Source of the DNA: an uncultured Rhodobacterales bacterium
GTDB taxonomy: Bacteria; Pseudomonadota; Alphaproteobacteria; Rhodobacterales; Rhodobacteraceae
DNA: 64,000 nucleotides
Assembly (NCBI GenBank): GCA_964392825.1
Contig: CAYMRW010000001.1
Span: 15,331 to 79,330, forward strand
Direction: 5' to 3'
Below the pieces are notes generated by a model that was not told the DNA's origin, ran no database searches, and worked only from the letters and a program-made list of their open reading frames with translations. Shown piece after piece: positions 30,291 through 41,433 of this stretch. The number at the start of each line of letters is the position of its first letter. Within the stretch, counting starts at the first letter, position 1. Made by a program: the position numbers and the translations under genes.

Positions 30291-32369
30291 ATGGCCACCC
30301 CGACCGTACGTATCGAGACCAACCGGGCCGTGGGCCCGAGCGGCATGCCGGAAGCGACGGCGCCGGGGGGCTTCGTCTTCAGCGCCGTGGCCGAGGGCTT
30401 CACCTCGGACGATCTGCATTTCGCGCCGTGGAAGGATCTGCACTACACGTGGTCGTTTTCGGACCCCGGTTGGTACACCAGGCACGATACCGACGACCTG
30501 CCCTGGGGCCGCTACTACGAGGTGGCCGGCGAGACGGTGCTCGTCGAGGACGGCACGGTGCCCGCGGGCGGGCGCTTCCTCGGCAACGACAAGAACGTCG
30601 CTTATGGCCCCTGGGTCGCGCATGTCTGGGCGCCCGCGGCCGAAGCCTTCGCCCGGCAGAGGTCGATGCGCTTCCTCGTCCGCTGCGAGGTGCGCACCAC
30701 ACCTGACGCCGAGCCGGTCGTGGCCGAGCGTGAGGTGACGCTGCTCAATCCCGATGCCATCTTCGCCCGTGGTCAGACCTTCCTGATCGCGGCGCGGGGC
30801 GATACCTCCAATCCCTCGGACCCCGTCTGGGACGCTTCGGCCTATCCAGGCGCGACCCTCTGCAACACCTTCGACGAGGCATGGGGCACGGCGCGGGCGC
30901 AGAGCATCGGCCGGAACCATCCGGCGCGGTTCCTGTTTCGCCGCGGCGAGACCCACAACCACGTCACCGGCGGCAAAAGCACGAGGGCCCGTGGCCGCAT
31001 CGGCCGGCTGCAGATCGGCGCCTACGGCGCGGGCCTGCCACCAAGGCTGGTCGACCCCGACGGGTGGTCTGGCCTCTCGATCCAGTTCGGCGAGGCCGAC
31101 GGGCCCGAGAACGAATGTGCATACTGGGGCTTCGACCTCGTCGGCCCCTACGACCCGAGCGACCCGTTCAGCATCGCCCGAAGGCCGCCGAACGGTCTCA
31201 ACCTGTCATGGGGGCGCTACAAGACCGTCTGGGACGTGCACATCGCCGGATTTGACGGGCTTGTCTCGGCGCCGCCGCAGCAGCAGGGAGCGGCGCGCGG
31301 AAGCAATACGGTCATCGGCAACACGTTCCTCGCCGATTGGTACGATTACGGCATCTTCTGGTACGATGATAGCGAATGGGTCGGCCATTGCGGCCTCTGG
31401 ATCAAGCAGCATCCGCGGACCCGGATCGGGGAAGGCAAGCGAGACCCTCGCAACAAGAACCAGGTCGTCAACGATGAAGGGGCACCCGCCTTCTTCGCAG
31501 ATCACGGGCCCTACAGGTGCTCGACGCCTGGCGCGGCGCCCGTCGTCTTCAACCTCGTCGACCTGCGCAGCGCGAACAGCTGGCTCGGCGCGGTTCAGCC
31601 CTGTTTGCGCCATGCCATCGAGGCCCCCCCTGACGATCGAATCTACCGCGCCAATTTCGACCGCATCCGCGGCGAGAACGGGCAGGTCGTCCATCCCGTG
31701 GTCGCGGGCTACAGCATCGGCGATCCCGATGACGGGCAAAGGGTGATGCCCAAACTCTTCCTCTATGACAAGATCTACGAGGTGCAGCTGCAGGCGGGCG
31801 GCTCGGCCATGTGGGCGATGGGCGACGCGACGGGCATCGTGATCCGCAACACCATCAGCGTGATCCCCGATTCCCCCGCCATGGGCCGGACGGTCGACAC
31901 ATGGGTTCGCGACGTCGAGGACCCGTTCGACCCCCGGACCTTCCGGCCCGAGGTTCTCGACCACGGCTTCGAGCTCTACAACATCACCTTCGCCGACCTC
32001 CGCTCCCCCGAGAACGAGGAGGATAGGTTCAGCGTCCCGGTCGAACCGACGGCCCTCGACTGGGCGGCCTACGTGGTCCTGGACAACAACCTGACCTACA
32101 CGCCCGCCCGCACCGGCGGCGCCGGCGGTCCGCTCGACGACACCATCCTCTGGTTGGTCACCTGGAATGGCGCGCGCTACGACCTCGACCCTCTGCAGGA
32201 GGTCTATGCCACGCCCCCCGACACCGCACGCCGCTTCGCGCCGAAGCCCGGGTCGCCGGCCTATGAGGCCGCGATCTCGGGCAAGGTCGCAATCGACGAC
32301 TTCTTCGCCCGCCTTCGTACCGGCAGGCCGTCGCAGGGTGCGGTCGAGCCCGACGACACCTCAACCTGA
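30291..32369 (+). CDS. PKD-like plus probable beta-helix carbohydrate-active protein (692 aa)
   Basis: LHYTWSFSDP (PKD-like), RFLFRRGET, IGAYGAG.PP and DWYDYG motifs; paralogous to 53188-55341. Confidence 0.65.
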   Translation: MATPTVRIETNRAVGPSGMPEATAPGGFVFSAVAEGFTSDDLHFAPWKDLHYTWSFSDPGWYTRHDTDDLPWGRYYEVAGETVLVEDGTVPAGGRFLGNDKNVAYGPWVAHVWAPAAEAFARQRSMRFLVRCEVRTTPDAEPVVAEREVTLLNPDAIFARGQTFLIAARGDTSNPSDPVWDASAYPGATLCNTFDEAWGTARAQSIGRNHPARFLFRRGETHNHVTGGKSTRARGRIGRLQIGAYGAGLPPRLVDPDGWSGLSIQFGEADGPENECAYWGFDLVGPYDPSDPFSIARRPPNGLNLSWGRYKTVWDVHIAGFDGLVSAPPQQQGAARGSNTVIGNTFLADWYDYGIFWYDDSEWVGHCGLWIKQHPRTRIGEGKRDPRNKNQVVNDEGAPAFFADHGPYRCSTPGAAPVVFNLVDLRSANSWLGAVQPCLRHAIEAPPDDRIYRANFDRIRGENGQVVHPVVAGYSIGDPDDGQRVMPKLFLYDKIYEVQLQAGGSAMWAMGDATGIVIRNTISVIPDSPAMGRTVDTWVRDVEDPFDPRTFRPEVLDHGFELYNITFADLRSPENEEDRFSVPVEPTALDWAAYVVLDNNLTYTPARTGGAGGPLDDTILWLVTWNGARYDLDPLQEVYATPPDTARRFAPKPGSPAYEAAISGKVAIDDFFARLRTGRPSQGAVEPDDTST

Positions 32370-32468
32370 GCTTGACTTTACTTGCGCCGCTCGCCTCGGC
32401 AGGATGCGACCGCCGGGCCGAACGGCTCCCGCGCTTCGATGCTGCCGCGAGCTGAGTTCCGAATCCAG

Positions 32469-33689
32469 ATGACCGATCTCGCCCCGCGCGTCGCCTATCT
32501 CACCGGCGAGTATCCCGCCGTGTCGCATACCTTCATCCTGCGCGAGGTCGAGGCCCTCCGCGCGCGGGGGCTCGAGGTCATGACCTGCTCGGTTCGCCGC
32601 ACCGCGTCTGAGCACCACCGCGGTCCGGCCGAGCGGGCCGCGGTAGAGAGCACCTACTACGTACTCGACGCGGTGAAGAGCCCGCCGACGCTCGCCGGGG
32701 CGACGTTCGATGCGCTGCGCCGGGGACGTCTTCCCGGTGCCCTGGCCCTGGCCTGGCGCACCCGGCCACCGGGAGCGAAGGCCTTGCTGTGGCAGTTCTT
32801 CTACCTCGCCGAGGCGCTGGTCCTCGCGCGGCACCTTCGATCACGGGGCGTCACGCACCTGCACAACCACTTCGGGAATTCGTCCGGTTCGGTCGCGATG
32901 CTGACGAGCAAGGCGTCCGGCATACCCTTTAGCTACACGATGCACGGGCCCGCGATCTTCTTCGAGGTGCCGCACTGGCGCATCGACGAGAAGATCGCAC
33001 GCGCCCGGTTCGTGGCCTGCATCAGCCATTTCTGCCGCAGCCAGGGCATGATCTTCTCCGATCCCGTGCACTGGGGGAAATTGCACATCGTCCATTGCGG
33101 CGTCGATCCGGCCCGCTACGACCGCGGCCCACGCGAGCGGCCCGGCAAGCGCCTCCTCTTCGTCGGCCGGCTCGCGGCGGTGAAGGGTGTGCCGGTGCTG
33201 CTGCGCGCCTTCGCCGAGACGCTCGAAGCGCATCCCGAGGCGCATCTCACGCTCATCGGCGACGGACCCGAGCGCGCCCGGATCGAGGCACTCGCCCGCG
33301 AGCTCGGCCTCGGGGGGGCGGTACGTTTCCCGGGATACCTCAGCCAGGACGAGGTGGCGGACGAGCTCGCCCGCGCCGACCTCTTCGTGCTGCCGTCCTT
33401 CGCCGAAGGTGTTCCGGTGGTGCTGATGGAGGCCATGGCCGCCCGCCTGCCGGTGGTCGCGACGCGCATAGCCGGCATCCCCGAGCTCGTGGACGAGGGC
33501 GTGGCGGGGCGCCTCGTGCCACCGGGCGATGCGGCCTCGCTCGCTCGCGCGCTGTCCGATCTGCTCGCCGAGCCCGATCTTCGCCGCCGCATGGGCGAGG
33601 CCGGACGCGAGAAGGTCGTCGCGGAGTTCGATCTCGCCGGTGAGGCAGCGAAGCTTCACCGCCTGTTCGCGGCCCGCCCGGAAGACTGA
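32469..33689 (+). CDS. Glycosyltransferase family 4 (WcaL-like)
   Basis: YPAVSHTFILRE, HLHNHF, FVGRLAAVKG and PSFAEGVPVVLMEAMA motifs. Confidence 0.93.
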   Translation: MTDLAPRVAYLTGEYPAVSHTFILREVEALRARGLEVMTCSVRRTASEHHRGPAERAAVESTYYVLDAVKSPPTLAGATFDALRRGRLPGALALAWRTRPPGAKALLWQFFYLAEALVLARHLRSRGVTHLHNHFGNSSGSVAMLTSKASGIPFSYTMHGPAIFFEVPHWRIDEKIARARFVACISHFCRSQGMIFSDPVHWGKLHIVHCGVDPARYDRGPRERPGKRLLFVGRLAAVKGVPVLLRAFAETLEAHPEAHLTLIGDGPERARIEALARELGLGGAVRFPGYLSQDEVADELARADLFVLPSFAEGVPVVLMEAMAARLPVVATRIAGIPELVDEGVAGRLVPPGDAASLARALSDLLAEPDLRRRMGEAGREKVVAEFDLAGEAAKLHRLFAARPED

Positions 33690-33874
33690 GCGTCGACGCG
33701 CCGCTCTCGATCCGCCCGGCAGTCTACGCAGAGTGGCGGCCCTCGAGGTTCAGTCCGTCCACCATCTGCCCGGCAGCGGCGGTGCCGCGAGCGAGGGACG
33801 ACAAGGCGTTCCCGAATTCGGTCGGTCATCGCCCCGACATCCTGACGCGACGCGCGACGCCATCGCATCGGCAA

Positions 33875-34798
33875 TCAGTCCTCCGCCTGCGGCGCCGCGG
33901 CGAGGGCGAGCGACCAGTTGGCCGTCGGGATGAATGGGTCCGCGCGACAGGCGGCGATGTCGTCGTCGAGGCGGCGCAGCAGCTCGGCGATTTCGTCGGG
34001 CGCAGCGCGGTAGCGGTAGGTCGCCGCATCCTGCACCGCGCCACGTATCGAGGCGCGCAGTTTGCGCGGCACGATGGCGCGGGCCAAGCGCGTGTTGCGG
34101 CGGCTGCGGATCAGTCCGCGGAGCAGCGAGCTGCGATAGACCGTGCCTGCGTTGCGGGTCTCGAGCTGCACGTCCGGGCGTACCTCGAGCCCGACCAGGC
34201 CCGCGAGCCGTTCGAGCACCGCGTCCTGGTCGGCCTTGAGCTCGTGGTAGTCCAAGACCAGCAGGTCTCCTCCGAACCGTTCGCGGTAGCGAGCGACCGC
34301 GTCGTGATACCGGCTCCGGGTGACGTGGTAGAAGAGCGGATGCATGCGTTGCGCCTTGCGGTCTTCTTCGGCGGCGAGGGCATCGGCGAGGCTTTCTTTC
34401 GTGTAACCGTCGCGCAGAAGGTGCTGATGCTCGGAGATGGCGCGCTCGACCGGATCGCGTAGGATCACCGCCACCCGGACCTCGTGATGGCGCGCGAAGG
34501 CCGCGATCCGGTCCGCCGCGGGCTCGTTCCACAGGTAGTCGGTCGAGGCATCCACGCGCCAGCGCACCTCCCCCTCGTGCGGGAACAGCGCGTCGTAGGC
34601 GTCCCATTCGGTGAGCCAGCGCTGGTGAAAGTTCTGTGTGCCGGGCCCGGTCCACCGATGGGCTCCGAAATCGGTGAAGTGGCAGGGCTCCTTGGGGCGG
34701 GACAGAACCACGCCCGGCTGGCGCTTGAGCCAGATCGAAAGGCTCGACGTTCCGCATTTCGGGGCGCCGATGAGGAACAGGTAGCCGGGTTCGGGCAT
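33875..34798 (-). CDS. Sulfotransferase
   Basis: 5'-PSB loop IGAPKCGTSSL, KEPCHF, DASTDY and 3'-PB motif LRDPVERAIS. Confidence 0.9.
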   Translation of the reverse strand: MPEPGYLFLIGAPKCGTSSLSIWLKRQPGVVLSRPKEPCHFTDFGAHRWTGPGTQNFHQRWLTEWDAYDALFPHEGEVRWRVDASTDYLWNEPAADRIAAFARHHEVRVAVILRDPVERAISEHQHLLRDGYTKESLADALAAEEDRKAQRMHPLFYHVTRSRYHDAVARYRERFGGDLLVLDYHELKADQDAVLERLAGLVGLEVRPDVQLETRNAGTVYRSSLLRGLIRSRRNTRLARAIVPRKLRASIRGAVQDAATYRYRAAPDEIAELLRRLDDDIAACRADPFIPTANWSLALAAAPQAED

Positions 34799-34963
34799 GA
34801 CGATTGCCTTCGGGATGTCTTGCTTTTTCACATGCGGGCGACTGCTGGCGAAGGCAACGGGCGTCTTCGTCAGGCATGCCCCCGCCAACGAGTTCGTTGA
34901 ACGACTCAAGATCAAGGCGTATCGTGAAGGCGCTTAACGCTTCGTGGGGAAAGGGGTTTTCCA

Positions 34964-35662
34964 GTGGCGATCTTCGACGCCCCGAACGGACGCCTGTCGC
35001 TTTGCCGTATCGCCGGGCGCCGCGCGGGAGTGGCTTCAGCGGCACTCGTCGCGCTGCTGGCCGCAGCGGTGTCCGCAAGCGCCGCGACCGTGCCGTTCCG
35101 GATCGATCCGGACCTCGGGTCGCCGTTCTCGGGCCGGGGCTTCGTCGCCTTCGACGGCACTGTGAGCGGCCCAGGCGACATCGACGCGCTGTCCGTGCGT
35201 GTGGCGAGCCAGGGGACGGTCTCGTACGACGACGGCATGGGGGGGTTCCTGCCCGCGCAGCCGGTTACCCATGTGTTCGCGTTCGGCCCCGGGGACGTCG
35301 CCGCGGTGTCGGGGCTCGCCCTGACCGCGGGGGGCGGCCTCGCCGGGTCGATCTCGTTCTCCGCAGCCGTTTCCGAGAACGACTTGATCACCCTGGACGG
35401 TTTCAGCCTGGACTTCGACACCGGCCGCGCCTCGGGCTTCTGCTTCTACAACGACGTTCTCTCCGAATGCGTCGCGGGCGGCGGCTCGAGCAGCGGCGTC
35501 GACGGCCGGATCGTGGCCCCGGCGCCGATCCCGGCACCCGCGGCGCTGCCCCTGCTCGCCGTGGTGCTCGGCGGATTCTTCGGGCTGGGGCGATTTCGGC
35601 AGCGTGCCGATACGGGGCGTTCCGCAGCCGACGCGTCCTCACTCCCGTCAAGTGCGCATTAA
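34964..35662 (+). CDS. VPLPA-CTERM (PEP-CTERM-like) exosortase substrate
   Basis: Signal peptide ending SASA-ATV; C-terminal IPAPAALPLLAVVLGGFFGLGRFRQR. Start uncertain. Confidence 0.75.
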   Translation: MAIFDAPNGRLSLCRIAGRRAGVASAALVALLAAAVSASAATVPFRIDPDLGSPFSGRGFVAFDGTVSGPGDIDALSVRVASQGTVSYDDGMGGFLPAQPVTHVFAFGPGDVAAVSGLALTAGGGLAGSISFSAAVSENDLITLDGFSLDFDTGRASGFCFYNDVLSECVAGGGSSSGVDGRIVAPAPIPAPAALPLLAVVLGGFFGLGRFRQRADTGRSAADASSLPSSAH

Positions 35663-35767
35663 GCCTGTTCGTACCTTCAGTTAGGGACCGGAGGCTTCAG
35701 GGTGCTAGTGCGCCTGAGGGCCGCGGAAGCGTGGCCGTCAGTGTTCCGGCAGAGACGATTGCGCACC

Positions 35768-36394
35768 ATGAAACGCTTTCTGAAAAGACTCTTCCGCCAT
35801 CAGGCCCTCGAGCATGGCCGGTTCGTCGGGCTCTGGCGCCGCCTCGGCCGCCCGAACCTCGAGGACTGGACGGAGTACCTGCGCCGGCATGGCCGCTTCC
35901 ACGCCTTCGGCGAGAACTGCGCGATGAGCCCGGACACGCATTTCGGCGATCCCGAACTCATCAGCATCGGCAGCAACGTCCGCATAGCAGGCGCCTTCCT
36001 TGCCTGCCACGACGGCAGCGTGAACATGATCAACCGCGCCTTCGGCCTCAGGCTCGACAGCGTCGGCCCGATCCGCATCGGCGACAATGTCTTCATCGGC
36101 TATGGCGCGATCGTGCTGCCAAACGTGACCATCGGCAGCAACACGATCATCGCCGCGGGCTCGGTCGTCAGCCGCGACATCGAGGGTGATTGCGTCGCCG
36201 CCGGCGCGCCTTCGCGCAAGGTGGCCGAACTCGGCGACCACGTGGCACGCCTCGCGGCGCGCAACGCCGCATTTCCCTGGCGCCCCCTGATCGAGGCGCG
36301 GAAGGCCGAGTTCGATCCGGCGATGGAGCCCGAGCTTCGACGCCAGCGCATCACCCACTTCTTCGACGCGGGCATCGACGGACGGACGGCCTGA
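35768..36394 (+). CDS. Hexapeptide-repeat acyltransferase
   Basis: ISIGSNVRI, PIRIGDNVFIGYGAIVLPNVTIGSNTIIAAGSVVSRD and AAGAP motifs. Confidence 0.88.
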   Translation: MKRFLKRLFRHQALEHGRFVGLWRRLGRPNLEDWTEYLRRHGRFHAFGENCAMSPDTHFGDPELISIGSNVRIAGAFLACHDGSVNMINRAFGLRLDSVGPIRIGDNVFIGYGAIVLPNVTIGSNTIIAAGSVVSRDIEGDCVAAGAPSRKVAELGDHVARLAARNAAFPWRPLIEARKAEFDPAMEPELRRQRITHFFDAGIDGRTA

Positions 36395-36494
36395 TACAGG
36401 CCTTCGCCCGCGCTTCACCTCCAGGGCGAAGGCGGGGGACAGTGCCGCGCACGCCTGCTAGAGCCCGGTCGAAGACGCACAGGAGACGGGCCGC

Positions 36495-37532
36495 ATGAAG
36501 ATACTGGTGACCGGGGGCGCTGGATTCATCGGCTCGGCGGTTGTGCGCCTTGCGGTCGCGCGCGGGCACGCGGTCGTCAATCTCGACGCGCTGACCTATG
36601 CCGCCGATCCCCGCAACGTGGCCGAGGTGGCCGACAGCCCGCTCTACGCCTTCGAGCACGCCGACATCCGCGACCGCGCGGCGCTCGACCGCGTGTTCCG
36701 CGCCCATGCCCCGGACGCGGTGATGCACCTTGCCGCGGAGAGCCATGTCGACCGCTCGATCGACGGCCCGCTCACCTTCGTCGAGACAAATGTCACGGGC
36801 ACCTCCAACTTGCTCGAGGCCGCGCGCAGCGACTGGCAGAAGCGTGGACGTCCCGGCAGCTTCCGCTTCCACCACGTCTCGACCGACGAGGTCTACGGCA
36901 GCCTCGGCGAGACCGGCCGCTTTACCGAGGACACGCCTTACGACCCGCGCAGCCCCTATTCGGCCTCGAAGGCCGGCTCGGATCACCTGGTGCGGGCCTG
37001 GCACGAGACCTACGGCCTGCCCGTTCTCCTCACCAACTGCTCGAACAATTACGGACCCTTCCACTTCCCCGAGAAGCTCGTTCCGGTGGTGATCCTGAAC
37101 GCGCTTCATGGCCGGCCGATCCCGATCTACGGGGCGGGGGCGAACGTGCGCGACTGGCTCTATGTCGAGGACCACGCAGACGCCTTGCTGGCGGTTCTCC
37201 AGAACGGCCGCGTCGGGCGCAGCTACAACATCGGCGGCGAGAACGAGATGGCGAACATCGATCTCGTGCGCGTGATCTGCCGTCTGCTGGACGTCCGCCG
37301 CCCCGCTGCCGCCCCGTACGAACGGCTGATCGAGTTCGTCGCCGACCGCCCGGGCCACGACCTGCGCTACGCAATCGATCCTTCCCGCATCCGCGACGAA
37401 CTCGGCTGGCGCCCGTCGGTCACCGTCGAGGAGGGTCTCGCCCGCACCGTCGACTGGTACCTCGCGCGAGAGGACTGGTGGCGCCCGCTGCTCGCACGCG
37501 AAGGCGTCGGACGAAGGCTCGGGACGGGCTGA
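36495..37532 (+). CDS. rmlB: dTDP-glucose 4,6-dehydratase
   Basis: [43 protein letters not shown] and DRPGHDLRY motifs; AGGAG RBS. Confidence 0.97.
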   Translation: MKILVTGGAGFIGSAVVRLAVARGHAVVNLDALTYAADPRNVAEVADSPLYAFEHADIRDRAALDRVFRAHAPDAVMHLAAESHVDRSIDGPLTFVETNVTGTSNLLEAARSDWQKRGRPGSFRFHHVSTDEVYGSLGETGRFTEDTPYDPRSPYSASKAGSDHLVRAWHETYGLPVLLTNCSNNYGPFHFPEKLVPVVILNALHGRPIPIYGAGANVRDWLYVEDHADALLAVLQNGRVGRSYNIGGENEMANIDLVRVICRLLDVRRPAAAPYERLIEFVADRPGHDLRYAIDPSRIRDELGWRPSVTVEEGLARTVDWYLAREDWWRPLLAREGVGRRLGTG

Positions 37533-37977
37533 CCCACGCCGGCCCCTGGATCACGGTCCGGGGTGGGCCGTCCCAGGGGGATGCCGGATTGCCGCCGCGG
37601 ATGCCGGCATGCCCTGATGGCAACGGGATAGCCGACGTCACCGTGCCCGACCTGCGGCGGGCGGGCACGACGACCCTTCGCGCTGCCCGGGTCTTCAACC
37701 TAGTATCGGCGGGATCCACAGCGTCGCTCCCGCCGCCTCGCCGCTCCGCATCGGAACCGAACCTCGAAGGTCGCGCGGGGGTCCCTCGCGGCCTCATAAG
37801 AAGATTCCCGCGCCGCCGTTCCGGTCGCGCGGTTAACCAGTCTGCACATCTGTCTCGACCCTGTCGAAGCTGATACCGCAAGGCTTGGCGGTCGGCCTCC
37901 TCCGTCCGGTCCCTGGCGACCCGAACCTCGTCGGTGGGTTTCGCTATTTTGGTGAACGTGAACAGTACGAGGTCGTG

Positions 37978-38916
37978 ATGTCTTCGCCTGCAGATTCCCC
38001 TCCGATCTTTGCGCTCTATGGAGCGCTGCGCTCTGGCACAACGCTCGTCCGGCTGATTCTCGGAGCCCATCCGGAAATCCATTCGGCGCACGAGAACGAC
38101 TTCCTGCTCGACCATCTCCGGCCGGGGCCTGACGGGCTGCGGCTCGATGCTCAAGCACTGGCCGACGATCGAATTTTTCGGGCGAGCGGGCTATCCGTGC
38201 CCTCGGCGCGCGGTGGACGGGCAGCGTTCGAGGCGATGCTGGCAGAGCACCGGGGCGACTGGCAGGGGCCGGTCGTGCTCGTGCTGCATCGCGAGCTCGG
38301 ACGGCTCTTGGATCTTCGGCCGGACGCGCGGATCATCCATCTGCTGCGGGACCCTCGCGACGTCGCCCGATCTTCGATCGGCATGGGCTGGGCCGGCACG
38401 CCTTGGCACGGCGTCCGCCATTGGATCCGTACGGAGGAGGCTTGGGATCGGCACGCAGACCTCGCCCCTGCCGTTCACCGGATCCGCTACGAGGATCTGG
38501 TGCGTGACCCGATCCCCGAGCTCACTCGTCTTTGCGCATTCCTGGGCCTCGCCTATCACCCGGCGATGATGGACTACGTTCGCACGTCCACATACTCCGA
38601 TATCGATCCCGCGATGGCCGAACAGTGGCGGCGCAGAATGCGTCCCCGCGACATCGCCCTCGTGGAGCATCGGGTAGGACGGCTTCTGGCCGCGCGCGGA
38701 TACGCTCCGAGCGGCCATCCCGTAATACTACCCGGTCCGACGGAGCGACTGCGGCTGAGGATGGTCAATCGCATCGGCGTATGGCGCATGCGGATCGCTC
38801 GCTATGGCGTCGCCGACCCCTTCGTCTATGGCCTCGCCAAGCGGCTTCGGCTGGGAGGTCTGCAACGCCGCTTCCAGCGGCGCCTCGATGACAAGCACAG
38901 CGCGTTCTTGAAGTAG
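37978..38916 (+). CDS. Sulfotransferase (Sulfotransfer_3-like)
   Basis: GALRSGTTL, IHLLRDPRDVARS and RYEDLV.DP...L..LC.FLG motifs. Confidence 0.88.
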   Translation: MSSPADSPPIFALYGALRSGTTLVRLILGAHPEIHSAHENDFLLDHLRPGPDGLRLDAQALADDRIFRASGLSVPSARGGRAAFEAMLAEHRGDWQGPVVLVLHRELGRLLDLRPDARIIHLLRDPRDVARSSIGMGWAGTPWHGVRHWIRTEEAWDRHADLAPAVHRIRYEDLVRDPIPELTRLCAFLGLAYHPAMMDYVRTSTYSDIDPAMAEQWRRRMRPRDIALVEHRVGRLLAARGYAPSGHPVILPGPTERLRLRMVNRIGVWRMRIARYGVADPFVYGLAKRLRLGGLQRRFQRRLDDKHSAFLK

Positions 38917-39200
38917 CACGGGTGGTTGGGGCGGGGGCCGCTGCCTAGCTGTCGGTGAACCCATTCGTTCCCCGGCCAACTCACGGGTGCCCGGTTGCTC
39001 GCAGAGACGACCGTGTGAGGCGGATGCCGCTACCGGGCTGGCCGCGCAGGTCCTTGGGCAGTGGGGCAAAGGCCAGGCCGAGCGGGCCAACCGCCGGGGC
39101 TGCTGCGCGTCCGCCGACGAGCCGCTCGGCGACTGCAGACGACCGGCCGTGATGCGACGCCGACGCAAGAAACGCTCGGAGCCGGGGTGCGGGTATAGGC

Positions 39201-40286
39201 TTATGCCTGCATCGAACGCTCGGGCTGCGTCACCGCCTCGGTCACCCGCGCCTTGAGTTCGTCCCCGGATCCGGCGGCGGCGCGCAGGACCACATGATCG
39301 CGTGTGCCGCAGGCCACGCTGAGAAACACGAAACAGGGGCTCCACCAGGTATCGGTGACCATCTCGATCACCCGGCGAGGCCGCCACTGCATGATGTTGA
39401 ACATTGCCGCGCCGTGGTCAGCGATCACCGTTTCTGCCTCGCCGGCGAGCGCGGTGAAGTCGTCGAAGCCCATCTCGGCCGTCTCGACGACCGTGCCGCC
39501 CAGAGCCCGTACCGCCTCCGCGATCACCGGGCTGCGATAGTCCCGCGCCGCCCGCACCTGCTCGCTTCGCACTCCTTCGCGCGAGAGGTAGAGGAGCGAG
39601 CCGGGCCGCGGCGGCTCCGGATCGAGCCCGAACAGCGCACGGTATGCCGCCACCTCGTGCGCGTGCCAGAACGTGCGCGGCGTTGGCTTGCGCAGCACGC
39701 AGGCCTGCTCGATCTGCACCGCCCCATCTGCCGCAACGTACTCGATCCCCAGCCGGTCGAGTTCGCCGGCGACGTAACCGCGGCGGGCAAGGAATTGCGG
39801 CAGAACGACCGGGCGCGGACAATCCGGCGCCAGCGCCAGGCATTTGATCTGTTCGCAAACCCAGTCGCCGTAGGTGTTGGGCGATTCGGCCTGGATCAAG
39901 GTGCCCGTCGCAAGCTGAAGCCCGGGCCGGCGCGGCCGTTGCAGAAGCGGGCCGAGGCGGCGCACCTCGCGCACCGACAGTCGCTCGTCGAGGCGTCCGC
40001 GATACCAGCCGAAGCCTTCGGGCGTGTATCGAACGCCCTCGTAGGTCTCGCGCAGGGTCCGCGCATGGGCGTAGTCCTCCGAGCAGACGAAGTTCCGCGG
40101 CGTGCCGGGGCTGGCACCCGCCACCCGTCCGATCGCGGGAGACCTTCGCCGCGGCGGGATGTCGCCGGAGAACAACGCAGCCTCTCTGATCACCCGTCGC
40201 TGTTCCACCTCGCGCAGGCGGCGAAACGGAAACCCGACCTGGAGCATGCGAAAGACGTAGGGCTGCAGGTTTCTCGGGATCTTCAT
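39201..40286 (-). CDS. Glycosyltransferase family 61 / DUF563-like protein
   Basis: TYGDW, LYLSR and F..A..VIADHGAAMFN...VIE motifs typical of GT61. Confidence 0.7.
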   Translation of the reverse strand: MKIPRNLQPYVFRMLQVGFPFRRLREVEQRRVIREAALFSGDIPPRRRSPAIGRVAGASPGTPRNFVCSEDYAHARTLRETYEGVRYTPEGFGWYRGRLDERLSVREVRRLGPLLQRPRRPGLQLATGTLIQAESPNTYGDWVCEQIKCLALAPDCPRPVVLPQFLARRGYVAGELDRLGIEYVAADGAVQIEQACVLRKPTPRTFWHAHEVAAYRALFGLDPEPPRPGSLLYLSREGVRSEQVRAARDYRSPVIAEAVRALGGTVVETAEMGFDDFTALAGEAETVIADHGAAMFNIMQWRPRRVIEMVTDTWWSPCFVFLSVACGTRDHVVLRAAAGSGDELKARVTEAVTQPERSMQA

Positions 40287-40566
40287 GGGTAAACCCTTAT
40301 TCACGGGTCGGGGATCGACCGGGCGGGCTTGGCGGCATAGCGCTTCGCACGGCGGAGGCGCCGTGAGGGAAGCCGAGAATACGCAACGAAACCCATTTGG
40401 TAGCGCTCTTGAGGACGGCGATGCGCGCGGAGCGTGGCGCAAACCGCGCCCCGAGGCGAGTCCCCGCCGTTCACGCGCGACCGCCACGCGCAACGGGGGC
40501 GGGAGCCTTCCCGCCGCGCGGGCGTTCGGCTAGCACGATCGCCACCGCCCGAAGAGTGGAGGAAAG

Positions 40567-41433
40567 ATGAAACTGCTGGTGTTCGGGCGGACGGGTCAGG
40601 TAGCGACCGAGATCGGTCGGGCGTCGCTTGAGGCGACGCGGCTGGGGCGCGAGCACGCCGACCTCGCGGATCCCGAGGCCTGCGCCCGCGCGGTCGCGGT
40701 CAACGACGCCCAGGCGGTCATCAACGCCGCCGCGTGGACCGGGGTCGACGCCGCTGAGAAGAACCGAGACGCCGCCTTTGCCGTCAACGCCGACGCACCT
40801 GCGGCGATCGCACGCGCCTGCGCCGAACGCGGCCTGCCGCTCGTGCACATCTCGACCGACTACGTCTTCGACGGCACGGGCGAACGGCCCTGGGCTCCCG
40901 GCGATCCGACCTGCCCGCTCGGCGTGTATGGGGCGTCCAAGGTCGCGGGAGAGGAGGCGGTGCGCGCCGCCGGCGGGCCGTACGCGATCCTGCGCACCTC
41001 TTGGGTGTTCTCCGCGCATGGGGCGAACTTCGTGAAGACCATGATGCGCCTGGGCGCCGAGCGCGACAGCCTCAGGATCGTGGCCGACCAGATCGGCGGT
41101 CCGACCCCGGCGGACGCAATCGCGGCGGCGTGCACCGCCGTCGCCCGGACGCTGGCCGGGGCGCCGGAGATGTCCGGCACCTACCATTTCGCGGGTACTC
41201 CCGACGTCAGCTGGGCCGACTTCGCGCGGACGATCCTCGACCGCGCCGGACTCACCGCGGCGGTCGAGGACATCCCGACAGAGGACTACCCGACGCAGGC
41301 GCCGCGCCCGCGGAACTCCCGCCTCGGATGCGCTTCGACCATGGACGCGTTCGGCCTTGCCCGGCCCGACTGGCGGGCCGGGCTCGACCGGGTCCTGGCC
41401 GAACTTCTCCCGTCAGCCTCGCCGACGCCCTAG
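40567..41433 (+). CDS. rmlD: dTDP-4-dehydrorhamnose reductase
   Basis: FGRTGQV, INAAAWTGVD, HISTDYVFDG, YGASK, NFVKTM and RPRNS motifs. Confidence 0.96.
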   Translation: MKLLVFGRTGQVATEIGRASLEATRLGREHADLADPEACARAVAVNDAQAVINAAAWTGVDAAEKNRDAAFAVNADAPAAIARACAERGLPLVHISTDYVFDGTGERPWAPGDPTCPLGVYGASKVAGEEAVRAAGGPYAILRTSWVFSAHGANFVKTMMRLGAERDSLRIVADQIGGPTPADAIAAACTAVARTLAGAPEMSGTYHFAGTPDVSWADFARTILDRAGLTAAVEDIPTEDYPTQAPRPRNSRLGCASTMDAFGLARPDWRAGLDRVLAELLPSASPTP